A stretch of DNA of 64,000 nt from Okamejei kenojei (lineage: Eukaryota). The notes below the pieces were generated by a model. It had not been told where the DNA came from. It worked only from the letters and a program-made list of their open reading frames with translations, and did no database searches. The stretch spans positions 14,508,001 through 14,572,000 of the forward strand of contig CM069147.1 of assembly GCA_035221665.1 (NCBI GenBank), in the 5' to 3' direction. Position numbers and translations under genes: made by a program. Position 1 is the stretch's first letter. The number at the start of each line of letters is the position of its first letter. Shown here one piece after another: positions 49,583 through 63,550 of the stretch.

Positions 49583-50159
49583 AGGGCCTGTCCCACCAGC
49601 ATGCAACTCCATGCAATGAGCGCGACCTAACGTGGTCGCTTGAGCCGTCCGGCGTCGCGGGGCTGGTCCCACTCGATCGCCGGAGCCGTGCGGAATTGTG
49701 CGGAATTCGTCCCGACATTGCGCGGGGCTCCGAAAAACTGACCATGTTCAAAAATTCCGCGCGGCAATGGCTTGTCGGCTTGCAGTCGCCTCAACACATT
49801 ACACACCGCCTCGACGCCATGCCTCCGTGACCCTCTCTGTAGGTGCCTCCGTGACCCTCTCTGTGTGTGGCTCCATGGCCCTCTCTGTGTGTGCCTCTGC
49901 GCCCCTCTCTGTGTGTCCCTCTCTTTCCTGGCGTACTTAACTTTCAGACTTCACTCCAAGTTCGCCTCACTTTGCGCCGCGATGCGCCACTCACCCGACC
50001 TCCGCGTGGCCCCCGTTGCCGGTTTGGTCGCGCTCTTTGCACGCAGGCACATGCTGTTGGGAACGGCCCTGTACAGGGATCACCCGACCTCCGCGCGGCC
50101 CCCGCTGCCGGTTTGGTCGCGCTCACCGCATGGAGTCGGATGCTGGTAGGACAGACCCT
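49583..50159. mobile_element. PIF/Harbinger-type MITE with internal minisatellite
   Basis: TIR agggcctgtcccaccagcat / atgctggtaggacagaccct; TSD TAA at 49580-49582 and 50160-50162; ~24-bp repeats at 49820-49925. Confidence 0.85.
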
Positions 50160-51450
50160 TAAGTGCGACTTGACCATGTAGGACATCATTCTGGGCTTCA
50201 TCCAAACCTTACCCGTTTCAGCTTCCTCCTCCATTATCCACAGGCACTAAAGTCAATGCAGCAACCCTATTGAGAAGTGGAACGGGTTTCTGCATTTGCC
50301 TGCTCAGTGGGTTAAACCACTGGACTGTTGGAATTTGTGTTGAAACCTCGTGCATTGTGATCATTGTCATCATTTTTATTACTTTGTTTCTGCACACCAA
50401 CATTAGTTTCCTTAGTTCTGTTTGATATACATGTTTTAAGTTGCCTTTCTTCTGTAACAGGCAATAAAGAAAATATTGCCAATTATGCTAAAGTTCAAAG
50501 ACCTAATACCCTCTATGCCTAGAAAGCCAAGACTGTGGACTTTTCTGATTTGGACCATTTTGCTGCATGGACGAGCAGGGTAGTCAGAATGTTTTTACTT
50601 GGCATGATATAATAATGTTAAATTTAGGCTTTCATGTTTGTGTATGAAAAGTATCTCAGACACACATGTATACTTGAAGGCGTATCCAATCCTGCTTTTG
50701 TTTCTGTGGTCAATTCAACCTTGGGCATCAGATGAAGGAGAAATAAAGACTAAGTCATCTCAATTACAACATTGTAAGAGAATACCTATACCTTGAGCTT
50801 ACAACACATTAATATTTTCCTTTGGGCCAGAAGATAACGTATCGTTTGCTTTTGACTATTGTATGAGTTGAAGCAGAGAATGTTATTCTGCAGTTAAAAG
50901 GCAACAGGACAAAAATTCCAAGATCAACACAATCAGTTAAACATGTTTGTTCTGTCATAATATCTCAGCTTATATCTCTGTGATGCTCTACATAAAACAC
51001 ATCTGAACTGTAAGCTACCCAGTGATACGCATCATTCTAAGAATCAAACACATAATAAATTCTTCTTAGTTGGCGAAACTATTGGCAACCAATAGAACCT
51101 CGCTTTTAAATGGAACTGAACAACAGCTGCAAACGCCAGCAACCAAAGCAAAAAAAGCACCTGCATTTATATAGCATCTTCCATTTGCTAAGAACTTCCC
51201 AAAGTGTTTATACCTAATCAATGACTTGTTTTGAAAAGAGTGACACTTACAACGCAGGGAGTGGCTCACCACACTTAATCTTCCAAACAAAAATTCCGCT
51301 TCACTAATTTAGCATAGCTGGACCTCATCATTGCCTCCTTACTGCTAATAATTATGATCATAACTCTACAAATGCAACAAATGGCAGGCACACCAAAATA
51401 AAACCATTTAGCAATATCAAAAGTGTTTTTCCTGCAAAACAGCAACTTAC

Positions 51451-51806
51451 CCTGTTGAAGCCTCCACTTGGTTTACAGATGGCGAGTTTAAGTCTCTTGC
51501 ACTGGCTACAGGTGTGGTTGAAGTTATTGCAGATTGTGTTTGGTCTTCAGATTGTTTTGGATGGATAGAAATCACTTTTGAAGCCTTAATGTCATGTGTT
51601 GTGGGGCTGTTGGGGCTAATTCCCTCAGGAGGTGGGTTTTGAGGACTAGCCTGAACTGGCCTGGTTGGTGACAGCTCAGCCATATTTTGTCCTGAAGATC
51701 GCTTGCTCTTTCGTCCATCATCCCCATTAGGCGTCAGCTTCCTTCTGTCCCTTCGTGAAGTTGGCGTGTGCCCATCTTCTTCACCATCTTCGTATTTTAG
51801 TGCATT
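51451..51806 (-). CDS. FHOD1: FHOD exon following the GBD/FH3 region (NALKYEDGEEDGHTPTSRRDRRK...VEASTG)
   Basis: 356 nt, phase 0-2; acceptor tctcctttacctag, donor GG|gtaagt; matches FHOD1 NALKLEDGD...RRERRK...GKRSRRS. Confidence 0.9.
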
Positions 51807-52111
51807 CTAGGTAAAGGAGAATATTGTTCATTTCCATTTATCCTTTGGGGTTTGGGCTTTGTTCTGAACAATAACCACATCAGAGTACCCCGGTAAGTAT
51901 TTTAACTGTAGTTTATTAATAACTTCAAACATGCGCGGGAGTTAACCGTTTGGGCAGTACAGACTTCACAGGCAAGGCCAGATTCATTGCCCATCTCTAA
52001 ATGCCTTTGAACTGAGTGGCATGTTCAGCATTTTCACAGTCACCAACATTCATGGGGCCTGGGTCTCATATATGGCAGATTTTCTCCCCAAAGTAAATCA
52101 GTGAACTATCC

Positions 52112-52380
52112 AAGACATAAAAAGCTGGAGTAACTCAGCAGGTCAGGCAGCATCACTGGAGAACATGGATATGTGACATTTCACAGAGTGCTGGAGTAAC
52201 ACAGCGGGTCAGGCAGCATCACTGGAGAACATGAATAGGCAGCAATTCAGGTTGGAACCCTTCTTCAGATGTCTGAAACCTGAATCATCACCTATCCATG
52301 TTCTCTGGTGATGCTGCCAAACTGGTTATGTTGCTCCATCACTTTCTGTCCTTTTTGGTAGACTAGCAGTCCCTTGTATC
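52112..52380. mobile_element. Palindromic hammerhead-type repeat with a duplicated left arm
   Basis: Two tandem gctggagtaac.cagc.ggtcaggcagcatcactggagaacatg, then ccttcttcaga and the inverted arm. Confidence 0.7.
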
Positions 52381-52794
52381 GATGTTGACCTAGCTGGAAT
52401 TTTATAGAATTGGTGTTTTATGTTCATTATGACTACACCGTCGCTAGTTTTATTTAAAATTCCAGATTTTCAACTAATTTTAGGTTCTGCAGTTGCCATG
52501 GTTGGATTTGAACTTAGGTCTGCCTTGTTCATCCAGGTTACCAGACTTGACCACTGCCACGTCTCTAAGGTCCTTCGCACAACTAATATTTGCGTTTCTC
52601 TTAAGGGATCTTCTGGTAACTGACCTTTATACACATGGGGTCTGGAGATCTTGGAAGAGAATTTAACATTGTTACTTCTTGTTCCTGAATGATGATCACT
52701 CTAATATGACATATGATAACCACTCCCCTATTACAAGATGCATCTATTGAGATGTTTAAGGATCAGGGGGAAATTTTAAGTATAAGGGGGACAT

Positions 52795-53082
52795 TTAAGG
52801 ATAAGCGGAAAATCCTTTAGGACCGAGATGAGAAAAATATTTTGCACACAGAGAGTGGTGAGTCTGTGGAATTCTCTGCCACAGAAGGTAGTTGAGGCCA
52901 GTTCTTTCTATATTTAAGAGGGAGTTAGATGTGGCCCTTGTGGCTAGAGGGATCAGGGGGTATGGAGAGAAGGCAGGTACGGGATACTGAGTTGGATGAT
53001 CAGCCATGATCATATTGAATGGCGGTGCAGGCTCAAAGGGCCGAATGGCCTACTCCTGTACCTATTTTCAAACTTTCTATGT
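52795..53082 (+). mobile_element. CR1/HER1 3' fragment
   Basis: aggaccgagatgagaaaa...gatgatcagccatgatc. Confidence 0.85.
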
Positions 53083-55109
53083 TGCGTGTCCCGCTGAGTT
53101 ACTCGGGCATTTTGTGTCTATCTTTGATTCAAACCAGCATCTGCAGGCCTGTCCTCCACAAGGAACTGAATGCAATTCTGGGGATTTATTTCCTGGACAG
53201 AATAGAGCGAGTCTCAATTATTGCTGATTCTTCCTCGCTTGCAATACACCAGGTCAAGAAACTTCAAGATATGTGTTCTGGCATCAAGTAACATCCAATA
53301 TTCATTTGCTATCATGCACGCACCTATGAGGGCAGTGAGAGGACAGACACAGCTGGTCTGTTGGAGCCTAGAACAGTAATAAATGGCCTGATCCTACTTG
53401 GTCTGTTGCCCATTATTTTCCAGTTAGACAATTCTAATTTAGACCACCCTTGCCCAACACCTTGCTATGGATACTCTCAGCCATTACTATCTACCTCTCC
53501 CCCCACCCTTGATCACCACTCCCACTACCTTGAAGTAAACATGTTCAACCAACCTCACTCTGCCTGACCCTACCCATCCCACCCATCCATCCATATCATT
53601 TGACCAACACCCCAGTGCAAAGATCTCCTCTCCGACCGCCCCACTCCTAGTTAACATCAATCCAAAATCAACCCCCCAAACTCCACCACTCTACAATCCT
53701 GTCCTTGGAATAAATTAACAATGCGATTTTGCACATGCTAAATGTTCTATGAAAATGACTGCTGTGCCTACCAATGCCAATCTCTAAAGTTGCCGTCCTT
53801 AAGCCTCTTCCCTTCCTTTTATGGAGTTTTTACAGAGATCTACCTCATTGGCCAAATAATCCCGTCATTGTCCTAATATCTTCCTTTGTCGTCCTGAACT
53901 AGACTTTGTTTGATAACACCATTGAGATGGTTTCCTACATTAAAGATGCTTTGTGGATCAGATTGGAAATATCATATAAATTAAAAATTAAAATAACAAT
54001 CTACTATTTAGTAATAGTCTAAAGGCCTCAAACTGCTTAGATCGTCAAGATGTAAACTTTTGCCAGTAATGTATTTTTGTTTTATATAGCACGTTTTTAA
54101 TATGACTGGAATCAGAAACTTCAGCCAGGAACACGCTATTCTTTTTACAGAACATTTTGCTACCTTTCCCCCACAGTTGAATATGAACAAGAATTAATCC
54201 AAATAGACTAGTGAATTCCAACAGCCTATCACTGTGAACAGAAGGGGAAATAGCCAGCTATCCGGGAGGGAGGTGTGGGGGAGGGAGGGGCACGTTGATA
54301 CCAACAAAGGCAACAACAGATCTGGAGGAAAGCAATAAACCATTTTATATGCAGTGACATGTCCTATAAAACAGGCATTACTCTGGTATTTTCTTGTTAA
54401 CTATTCATATAGGCGCTTACCCTAGATCAAAACATTTAAATTATTGATTTCATTTTGTTCTGTAATTGTGCTTGTATAAATGCAGCGGGGGGTTTGAATC
54501 AATCTCATGGCCAACTTCTGAAATGATGGTAAACGATCATGGATGAACTCATTGTCACACAATACTTCCTAAACAGAACGGTTAAAAAATAGGACTAAAG
54601 TTCATTCCAACGAATTCTAAAAATAACTTAGTTATGCCTTATAAGGAAACAGAATTCCAAGCAATACCACACAGTCATTCTGTCCATTATCATTCAAAAG
54701 CAAGTCACTCTATATGAACTGAGAGGCTTTTTTATGTTGAGAGTGAAATCATGTTTTGGTCTAAATGTTTTAAATGTAGATTTTGTCCCCGCGATTCACA
54801 TGATTCCAAAGAATTTAGCATTGTAATGGCGTGTTCAGCATGGACTAATTATGGAGAAGCACACTGATTTATCTAAACTTTACATGCAGGCCAAACAACA
54901 TGGAAAAATTAAAGGAATTAAGTGTAGTGTAAGCTTTTCAAAGTAAAACGACAGCCTCCCACAGCGAGTTATGCCAAATTTCTTCACCGTTAAAATGCCA
55001 TCCATTCCAACTAAAAACTGCATGAAATCATTTGTACTTTGCCGAGCTGAATACATTCCTTGTAAAAACCAGTATGCGGGCACATTTCCAGATCCAGTTC
55101 ATATTCACA

Positions 55110-55270
55110 AATGTAGGAGGGAACTGCATATGCTGGATTATACTGAAAATGCTGGAGTAATTCAGAGGGTCAGGCAGCATCTCCGGTGAAAAGGTGACGT
55201 TTTGGGTCGAGACCCTTCTTCAGACTGAGACTCAGGTCTGGTGTAAACCAGCATCTGCAGTTCTTTTACA
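55110..55270 (-). mobile_element. Hammerhead-type repeat
   Basis: ggaactgcatatgctgg...ggtgacgttttgggtcgagacccttcttcagact. Confidence 0.7.
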
Positions 55271-56419
55271 AATGGACTTGTTGAGTTCACACTGTCACCA
55301 GCAGAACAACCAGTTTTATTCAGAAACTATAATCCACAATATTTTTATTTTACCTGTCCAAAGCCAAAATGACAATGACTAAGTATTACTCTTGTAATTA
55401 GAATAAATGCCTCCAAAAAGGACAGGTCATGGAAGTTCTGCTGACAAAACAAAGGACCAATTCCTTCAGGCTGATCACCAGCTCCATGCTTCACATTTTG
55501 TTTCTAAGGAGATTCAACTGATTCTTTTTGCCTTTCTTCCTTTAGTCCAAGTTGGCAGAAATTCCTTTTAAAATTTAAGAAATAGCTTCTTCCCCACACC
55601 CATCAGACTACTAAACTCAACTGAAACAAAACTCTGAACACTAATAGACCATTATCTGTTTATTTGCACTTTATCTGCTTATTTATTGATGTGTGTATAT
55701 ATTTATATAATGGTATATGGACTCACTGATAAGATATGTTCTGTATTCGTGCCTACTATATTCCGTTGTGCTGATGCAAAGCAAGAATTTCATTGTCCTA
55801 TTGCGGACATATGACAATAAAATCTCTTGACATGAATAGGATTTTTTTCCGATGTTAAGGTATTAACCTTTTGTTTTGTACCCACTGTTCTACTTTCCAC
55901 TCTGTTCCACTTCCAATTGGCAAATGGTCCAAAGACATTATTAGGTTTTCACTTTCAAAATAAATTGAGCTGAACAAAATGGTAACTCGCATTATTATGA
56001 GAAAGAGAAGTCACTGAGTAACTCACTGATGAAAAAACAACACAAACAAGGTTCCAGAAGGAGCAAAAAAGGACTCATTTTAAAACCAAGAATGAGAACT
56101 TAAAAAAGCAAAACCAACAAACCATATTAAAATGTCTGTCGAGACCATAAAAGTTAAATAGCAGGAACCAAGTGTTCAATTCTTAACAAAAGAGAGGGAA
56201 AGTTCAGTTTACTAAAATTCTGCCCAGCGCCTTCACCCATCAAAGATGCATGCAGATCCACATGACAATAAACTAAACTAATGCAGACTGCAGATCAATA
56301 GATTGGCCGCAACTGCTGATGAGCTACTTTCCAAATCAGGTCCTTAGGTGCAGCATCAGTTTGTGCAGCAGCAGATCATCAGGGAGTGCCACAGATAAAT
56401 TACAGGATAACTGGGCAGA

Positions 56420-57575
56420 AGGTCACAAAGTGCTGGAGTAACTCAGCAGGTCAAGTAGCATCTCTGGAGAATATGGATATGTGACATTTTGAGTCTGAAG
56501 AACGGTCTCGACCCAAAACGTCACCTATCCATGTTCTCCAGAGATGTTGCCTAATCTGGTGAATATACATAGAAACATAGAAAATAGGTGCAGGAGTAGG
56601 CCATTCGGCCCTTTGAGCCAGCCCCGCCATTCAATATGATCATGGCTGATCATCCAAAATCAGTACCCCTTTCTGGCCTTTTCCCCATATCCCTTGATTC
56701 CCTTAGTCCTACGAGCTAAATCTAACTCTCTCTTGAAAACATCCAGATAATTGGCCTCCACTGCCTTCTGTTGCAGAGAATTCCACAGATTCACAACTCC
56801 CTGGGTGAAAACATTTTTCCTCATCTTAGTCCTAAATGGCCTACCCCTTATTCTTAAACTGTGACCCCTGGTTCTGGATTTCCCCAACATCGGGAACATT
56901 TTTCCTGCATCCACCCTGTCCAATCCTCCAAGAATTGTATATGTTTCTATAAGATATCCTCTCATCCTTCTAAATTCCAGCAAATACAAGCCCAGTCAAT
57001 CCATTCTTTCATCATGTCAGTCCCGCCATCCGGGGAATTAATCTGGCCAACCTACGCTGCACTCCCTCAATAGCAATAATGTCCTTCCTCAAATTAGAGG
57101 GCCGAAATTGCACTCCAGGTGTGGTCTCACCAGGGCCCTGTACAACTGCAGTAGAACCTCCTTGCTCCTAAACTCAAATCCTCTCGCAATGAAGGCCAAC
57201 ATGCCATTTGTTTTCTTCACTGCCTGCTGTACCTGCATGCTTACTTTCAGTGACTGATGTACAAGGACACCCAGGTCTCGTTGCACCTCCCCTTCTCCTA
57301 ATCTGACACCATTCAGTTAATAATCTGCTTTCCTGTTCTTGCCACCAAAGTGGATAACCTCACATTTATCCACATTATACTGCTTCTGCCACGCTTCTGC
57401 CCACTCACCCAACCTATCCAAGTCACCCTGCAGCCTCACAGCATCATCCTCGCAGCTCACACTGCCACCCAGCTTTGCGTCATCCGCAAACTTAGAGATG
57501 TTACATTTAAGAGTTACTCCAGCACTATTTTGTCCTTTTGTGTATTAACCTGGATCTGCAGGTCCTTGTTTCTAC
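56420..57575. mobile_element. Palindromic hammerhead-type repeat split by an antisense CR1 fragment (56567-57508)
   Basis: Host arm stops at ~56563 and resumes with gagttactccagcac at ~57511; CR1 ORFs 56660..56989 and 57089..57286. Confidence 0.85.
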
Positions 57576-58137
57576 AGGATAACTGAATAACTTATTCAGC
57601 GCCGTAGGTGGCTGCTATTTGTATACATTGGGTATGCAAGCAAAGAATCTCACTGTGCCTAGTCACATGTGACAATAAAGCATTCCATTCCATTCCAAGA
57701 TCCACAGGAAACCTAAAAGTCAACAATCAGCTTTTAATATAAGGTTGGATAGCAGCTAAAACAAAGTCATTCACCGTATCTTGGTACACAGAAGAATAAG
57801 AAACCAATACCAATATCAATGGTGCGCGGAATTATTCTAATAATGGAAGCTGGACAGATTCAACTTTAAAGCAATATGTGAACATATATTATTTCAAGAC
57901 AGTGATCGAAAATATTTTTAGATACTAATGGAATCAAGAGATATGAGGTTAATACAGGAAGGTGGTGCTCAGGTAGATAATCAGCTGTGATCTTACTGAA
58001 TTGTGGGGTAGACACAAGGACTCCATTACCTTCTCCTCATTCTTTTTCATATATCAACTCCACATGAATCTCTCCAATATGAACTAAGAGTCAGGGTTTC
58101 AAATGGTACAGAGGCACACAAGTACAATCAGTGTGTT

Positions 58138-58232
58138 GTCTGAAGAAGGATCTCAAACCGAAACATCGCCTGTTCCTTTTCTCCAGAGATGCTGCCTGAC
58201 CCATTGAGTTACTCCACCTTCTTGTGTCTATG
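58138..58232 (+). mobile_element. Hammerhead-type repeat, half copy
   Basis: gtctgaagaaggatctcaaaccgaaacatcgcc. Confidence 0.65.
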
Positions 58233-58777
58233 TTATATTTACAGTTTTATTAGGATACAGTTATTTAGTTTATTGTAATCTGCTGGTGATCTAATCTAAA
58301 CTGTGATAGGTACCAATTCTCCTACTTTTCCCATCACTTTTGGACTTTTTGGACAGCCTTCATAGACAATGACATTTTAGGAATGTGACACATTTATGGG
58401 GAAGGAAAATGATGAAAAGGCTGAGAAAGTTATCCCTGTCTTCAGTTTAATGCAATCTTTAAATTGCCCAATTGGACAGGAAACTGTTGTCTTCATTGAA
58501 TACAATCACACTGCCCGGTATTTGTCAATTGGCTCGAGATTGGACTTCACCATTTGCGTGCTTCAGGATGAAAGAGCATTTTAGTTCAACAAATAACCCT
58601 GATTTTCTCGTCTTTAAAATGACGATGGTGCGGCTGTTAATTGTAGCATAAAAAGGGTGTCCACGAGTTAGGTAATAGGACGATTTTTGTCCTTTTACCT
58701 AAAAAGGGATATCCTTGCTATAAGAGTGCAATAAAGATTCATCAGACTGGACAAATCTTCAAGTCTGTGGGACAGTG

Positions 58778-58915
58778 CACTGGTAACTGGATATGTTTTG
58801 GGATCATTCTACATATTTATGTCAATCCACACAATGACATGAATATTTACATACTGTATAGATAGAATCATTTCTTCACTAATGTTGTAAGAAGATAGAA
58901 GCCAACAAAACAAAA
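58778..58915 (+). repeat. Unclassified dispersed repeat, copy 2
   Basis: Similar to 3845-4010. Confidence 0.6.
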
Positions 58916-59084
58916 CAATTATAAGATTCAAGTCACTGAGCTTCAAAGTCTTGCAGTCTTGGATGAAACATTAAGTTAAGATGTGGCTAATGTCATGAAG
59001 GACGTAAAAGATTCTCTGATAGTAGAATCAAAGTGGATAGCCTGATAGGGCAGTTCTCCTGCTTGCCGGCATTAATGGATTTTC

Positions 59085-59255
59085 TCCGAGTGCTCTGGTT
59101 TCCTCCCACATGCACAAGTTTGCAGGGCTATTGGCTTTTGTAAAATTGTAAATTGTCCCTAGTGTGTCCGATAATGTTAGTGTATGGGTTGGTCGGTGGT
59201 CAGTACGGGCTCGGTGGGCCGTAGCGCCCGTTTCCGCTCTGTATCTCTGAAATCT
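59085..59255 (+). mobile_element. HE1/V-SINE 3' part
   Basis: ggcttttgtaaaattgtaaattgtccctagtg...ctgtatctctgaaatctaaa. Confidence 0.75.
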
Positions 59256-60764
59256 AAAGAGAGCTGATTTTGTTTGTTGACCCTAGAATACCCAGAGGGG
59301 AGTTGAACAACACTAATATATGAGATGAGCACCAAGGGTGAACAGGTTAATGAAATTATCTCCACAGTCATTCATGTGTTACAGTAAGTACCACAGACGG
59401 GAAGGGGTTGTAGGATACAGACCTAAACAGTATATTTCTACAGCACATTATCAAAGTTCTTAATTTAAAACGGTGAAAGGTTACTGTAAATATTTACATT
59501 GAGTGCAAGCGATAGATTGACGTGCAGACAGCAGACTCTTTCCAGTAATAACACCCACACACACTCTCCCCCTCACCCTTTTGCCAGCTCTCATCCATGA
59601 TGCTATTTCTACGATATGCAAAAAGTATTTTGTGATGACTGTTTTCCCAAGAATTTGTCATTAGTTTATTTTTGGCTTTTACTTATTTCCAAACTATTTT
59701 TTTAATTCTTGCATGTGCATTTGAACAGTGTCAGTGTAAATCTCCCATCATCACGTGTTTATTTATCACTTTGGTAAGACAACGATAACCAAGTCCCCAA
59801 CACAACATTCACAGCACCAAATTTTAGGATAAATCATCATTACACTATAGCTACTGGTTTCAGACTGGCATTTGCTTTGTTCAGGAGAAATGAGTTCTAC
59901 TTATTAAAGTCATACAGTAGGGAAAAAGACCCTTTGATCCACCACGTCCATGCCATCAACCTTCCTTTTAAACTAATCTTACATTAATCCCATTTTTAAA
60001 AATTCTCCACACATTCCCATCAACTCCCCCCAAATTCTACCACTTACTCACATGTTAGAGGCAATTTACAAGATCAAATTAACCTACCAACTGTGTTGTT
60101 CTCCCTGATCAAAGAAAACCTGTCCATTTGCACGTAACCTGCGTGAGCCTGTTGTGAGCGTGTCTGACATGTAAGTCACAACACAACACTACTTGCTGCG
60201 ACTGCATTGTAGGAGACTACCTCAGTCATAAGACTGTGTGTCCTACTGCAGAGCTTTGAGCACTTAATCCAGATGGACATTCCTGTGCAGTACTCAGGAA
60301 CATCTGCACTGTGAAATCGGGTATTAAAACCAAGGTCTTGTCTGATCTCTTAGTTGAAAGTAACAGATTCCCTGGGCCTAACACAAAGACGAATATCCTT
60401 GGTGTTCCATCCAAAATGTGCTCATCATTCAACATCACCAATAAGTTGTCAACCAGTCTTTATATCCTCGCTGTTTGAGGGAGCTGGCATTGTCCAGATT
60501 TGTGGCTTCCTTTTATATACTGGAACTGTGGCTGCATTTCATTAGTTGAAATGCCCCTCATTCTCTCTCAAGATCATCGTATATTAGGTAAATATAAGCT
60601 TTCCTCTCTTTTCCAATTTACCGACTTAGGTTTGGAATATTTAATAAACAAATCACACTGCTAAATTTGAATTATTGCAAGTCCGAAACTGGTCCATGTG
60701 TATAGCATTATATGGCATTAATGTTAGCATTGTTGAGAACAGATTTCACCATCAATATAAGTTA

Positions 60765-60900
60765 ATAAGTCATAGGAGCAGAATTACGCTATTCGACCCA
60801 ACGAGTCTACTCCGCCACTCAATCATGGCGGATCCATCCTTCCTTCTCAACCCCATTCTCCTGCCTTCTCCCCATAACCCTTGACACCCGTACTAATCGA
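60765..60900 (-). mobile_element. CR1/HER1 3' UTR fragment
   Basis: cataggagcagaatt...ctcaaccccattctcctgccttctccccataacc. Confidence 0.75.
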
Positions 60901-63251
60901 TTTCACCGTTCTCTACCACTTACAACATGCGCACCACATTCCTCGTGATTTGCCTACTTTCAAGAATCAAGAATGCAACCAACACGCGCAACAAAAACTC
61001 TCATCCCTCAACTCTGCTGATTTGTTAGAAATTGCTCGTAAAATCTCTAATTGGAATAACCATGGCGCTGATCGTTGGTTAAAACAAATTGAAGACCAGA
61101 ATTTTGCCTCAAATCTTCAGATCATTTAAAATTCCTAATTATTACTGAATAATAATGAGCTCCAAATTAATTAGTATTAAAATATTTAGTGCACTTAAAA
61201 TCAGTGTTAACATTTTCAGTGCACTTTAACAGCTTGGCACTTCCTGGCATCTAACAACCACCGCCATTTGGTGGAGTTAACCTCCCATGTTTTAGTTTTA
61301 TGCTGATTTTGAGTGCCATAACTTACATTTTCCTTTTTAAATAAAAATACTTTTGTTCTATTATTGTCACTGTACTACAATACAGTGAACAGCTTGTGGA
61401 TGTCACCTGAGAAGACTATACATGAATACAATCAAGCGGTCCACAGTGCACAGATAACGGATATAGGGGACAACATTCAGTTCGAGATAGAATATTGAAG
61501 TTCAATAAAGTCCAGTTTTTGGTAGTTCAAGGGTCTCCAATGAGGTAGATGGAAGGTCAGGAAACAATACATTCATTATTTTTTCTGATTTTGTAAACAT
61601 TTGTAAAGGTTTTTCAATCTGCTATTTTTAAGAACGTTTATTTTATTTTTAATAGCTTTTGAGTGTTTTTCTACATCTGGATGTCCATAAACGTTCAGAA
61701 AACTTTGACAAAGCGGGGGGCTTGGTTTTGGCAATAGTCAAAGGTTCATGCAGCAGTTTTGTGTGCAGGGCTTATTCTGGCCAGCCTGAGACCCAAATAT
61801 ATTGTACTGAGCCCTCGCTCTGCATGGGCCTAGGATGCTCTTGGCCAGCATTTGGTCTTCCAGATCCAAGTCTGGTTAATGCAATGAGGATTCCAAGCAG
61901 TGAGAACAAGTATTGGGTTCCACTCAACATAATCTGGATCTAAAACTTAGTAGGTAAAGATACTTGAAGCTGTCTTTAATTAGATCACTATGTGTGTAAC
62001 AATCAGCATTTTTGGTTAAATAACAAGACAAATTGCTTTTAATAAATCTGCACTTTGCAGAATTTTGTACAAAAATATCATTGCAATAACATTGTAATGG
62101 TTTATTTAAGCTCTTTGGGATGAAAAGAATCACTACAGCAATAGATCATGATTGGCACTGCATGAAAAATACATTTGCAAGTCTGTCTGAAAAAACAGAT
62201 TCATAGATATTGGCAATATCACAATTCAAAAATAGCCAAATTGAACAAAGAACAGTATTTGTTGATGCCCAGCCAGAAGAACAACTGCAGAGAATTTAAA
62301 TAGTTCTCTTGAGTATTGAGTATTGTCAAAATGTCTCTGTAGGCTGGTTGATAGAAAATCATATTCCATTTGCCACGTTTCACTGTTCTGTCCCATCAAA
62401 TGGTGGCTGATAGGGAGGCCTGTTCACATAATCTCAGAGTCTAACCAGGGATTCATAACAGTAAATCATTTCTATCCTTTGTATCTGTTCTCTAGATTTT
62501 TCAGCCATCGGATTATTCTCTGATCAATGGTATTTGAATGGTCTAAATACATGGATTGCCAAAATACTCTACTTCAAGTCTTTCGCATTTTGGAAACAAT
62601 GTTATTCTTGCTTTGAGATCCAAGTGGATAATGACCTCATGTTTGCCCATCTCAAGATCATTTGCTGTTATTTTTTTTCACCCCTTCCTGCTAGATCTAT
62701 TAATTTCAAATGTTGCGGTTCTGTGCAAATCAACAAAGCCGCCTACCTCCGTTGCCAAGAGCAAAATTGGATTTGTGGTTTTCAGTGTCAACATCAAAGT
62801 CATTGATTTGAATTTCAGAGACTGCAACAGAGACCCTACTGAACACTCACTTTGAGTCACATCCTGTTAAGTGTCTGCTCATTATCCTGGCTGTCTCCTA
62901 TCTTTCATTTACTTGCCCAACCTGGTTAAAAATTTAAATTCAATTCCCAGTGTAGGGATTTTCTCAAAACTCTTCAGGGAGTCCATGTAAATGAGAAATT
63001 GTCCTGTCCACTTCAATCGCATCCGATGATTAGTTGCATGGATCACTGCAATACCCAATACCTGGCCTCACTAACCTACCCACAATATGGTGGCTAGTAC
63101 TCTAGATTATCCCGTTCCTCCGAAATTGGTAAGCACAAAGCTGGATACAATGTTCTATTCATCCTTTTGAAAGAGTGGAATTCCACAGTTCTTCATCATT
63201 TCACAATCTAAATCAAGGCAGCCTTTCTGTTTGGCTTCCGGGGTGCAGTAG

Positions 63252-63550
63252 ACTTTAGACTTTAGAGGTACAGCGTGGAACGAGGCCCTTCGACCCACTG
63301 ACCAGTGATCACCCCATACACTAATGTTATCCTACACACTAGGGACAATTCTTACAAGTTACCAAAGCCAATTAACCTACAAACCTCTCCATCTTTGGAG
63401 AGTGGGAGGAACTGGAGCAGCCGGAGAAAACCCACGTGGTCACAGGGAGAACGTAGAAACTCCGTACAGACAGTATCCATAGTCAGGATCGAACCTGGGT
63501 CTCTGGTGCTGTAAGTCAGCTACTCTACCGCTGCACCACTGGGTCGCCCC
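63252..63550 (-). mobile_element. HE1/V-SINE, near full length
   Basis: Reverse complement has gtggtgcagcggtagag (A-box), ggttcgatcc (B-box) and a (ctaaagt)n tail. Confidence 0.85.

Larger units (their letters stand above)
796..51806 (-). other. FHOD1: FH1/FH2 domain-containing formin gene, partial span (continues beyond the first and last exons identified)
   Basis: Exon peptides match FHOD1 landmarks from memory: NALKxEDG, ERSI(F/Y)[15 protein letters not shown](K/R)ELK, WASL, LPPVH(I/V)IK. Splice phases are consistent along the chain. FHOD3 is not fully excluded. Confidence 0.8.

Noticed and set aside
50213-50451. Exon-like segment with good acceptor and G|gtaagg donor
   Set aside because: Stops in all three frames; cannot join the phase-2 upstream exon.
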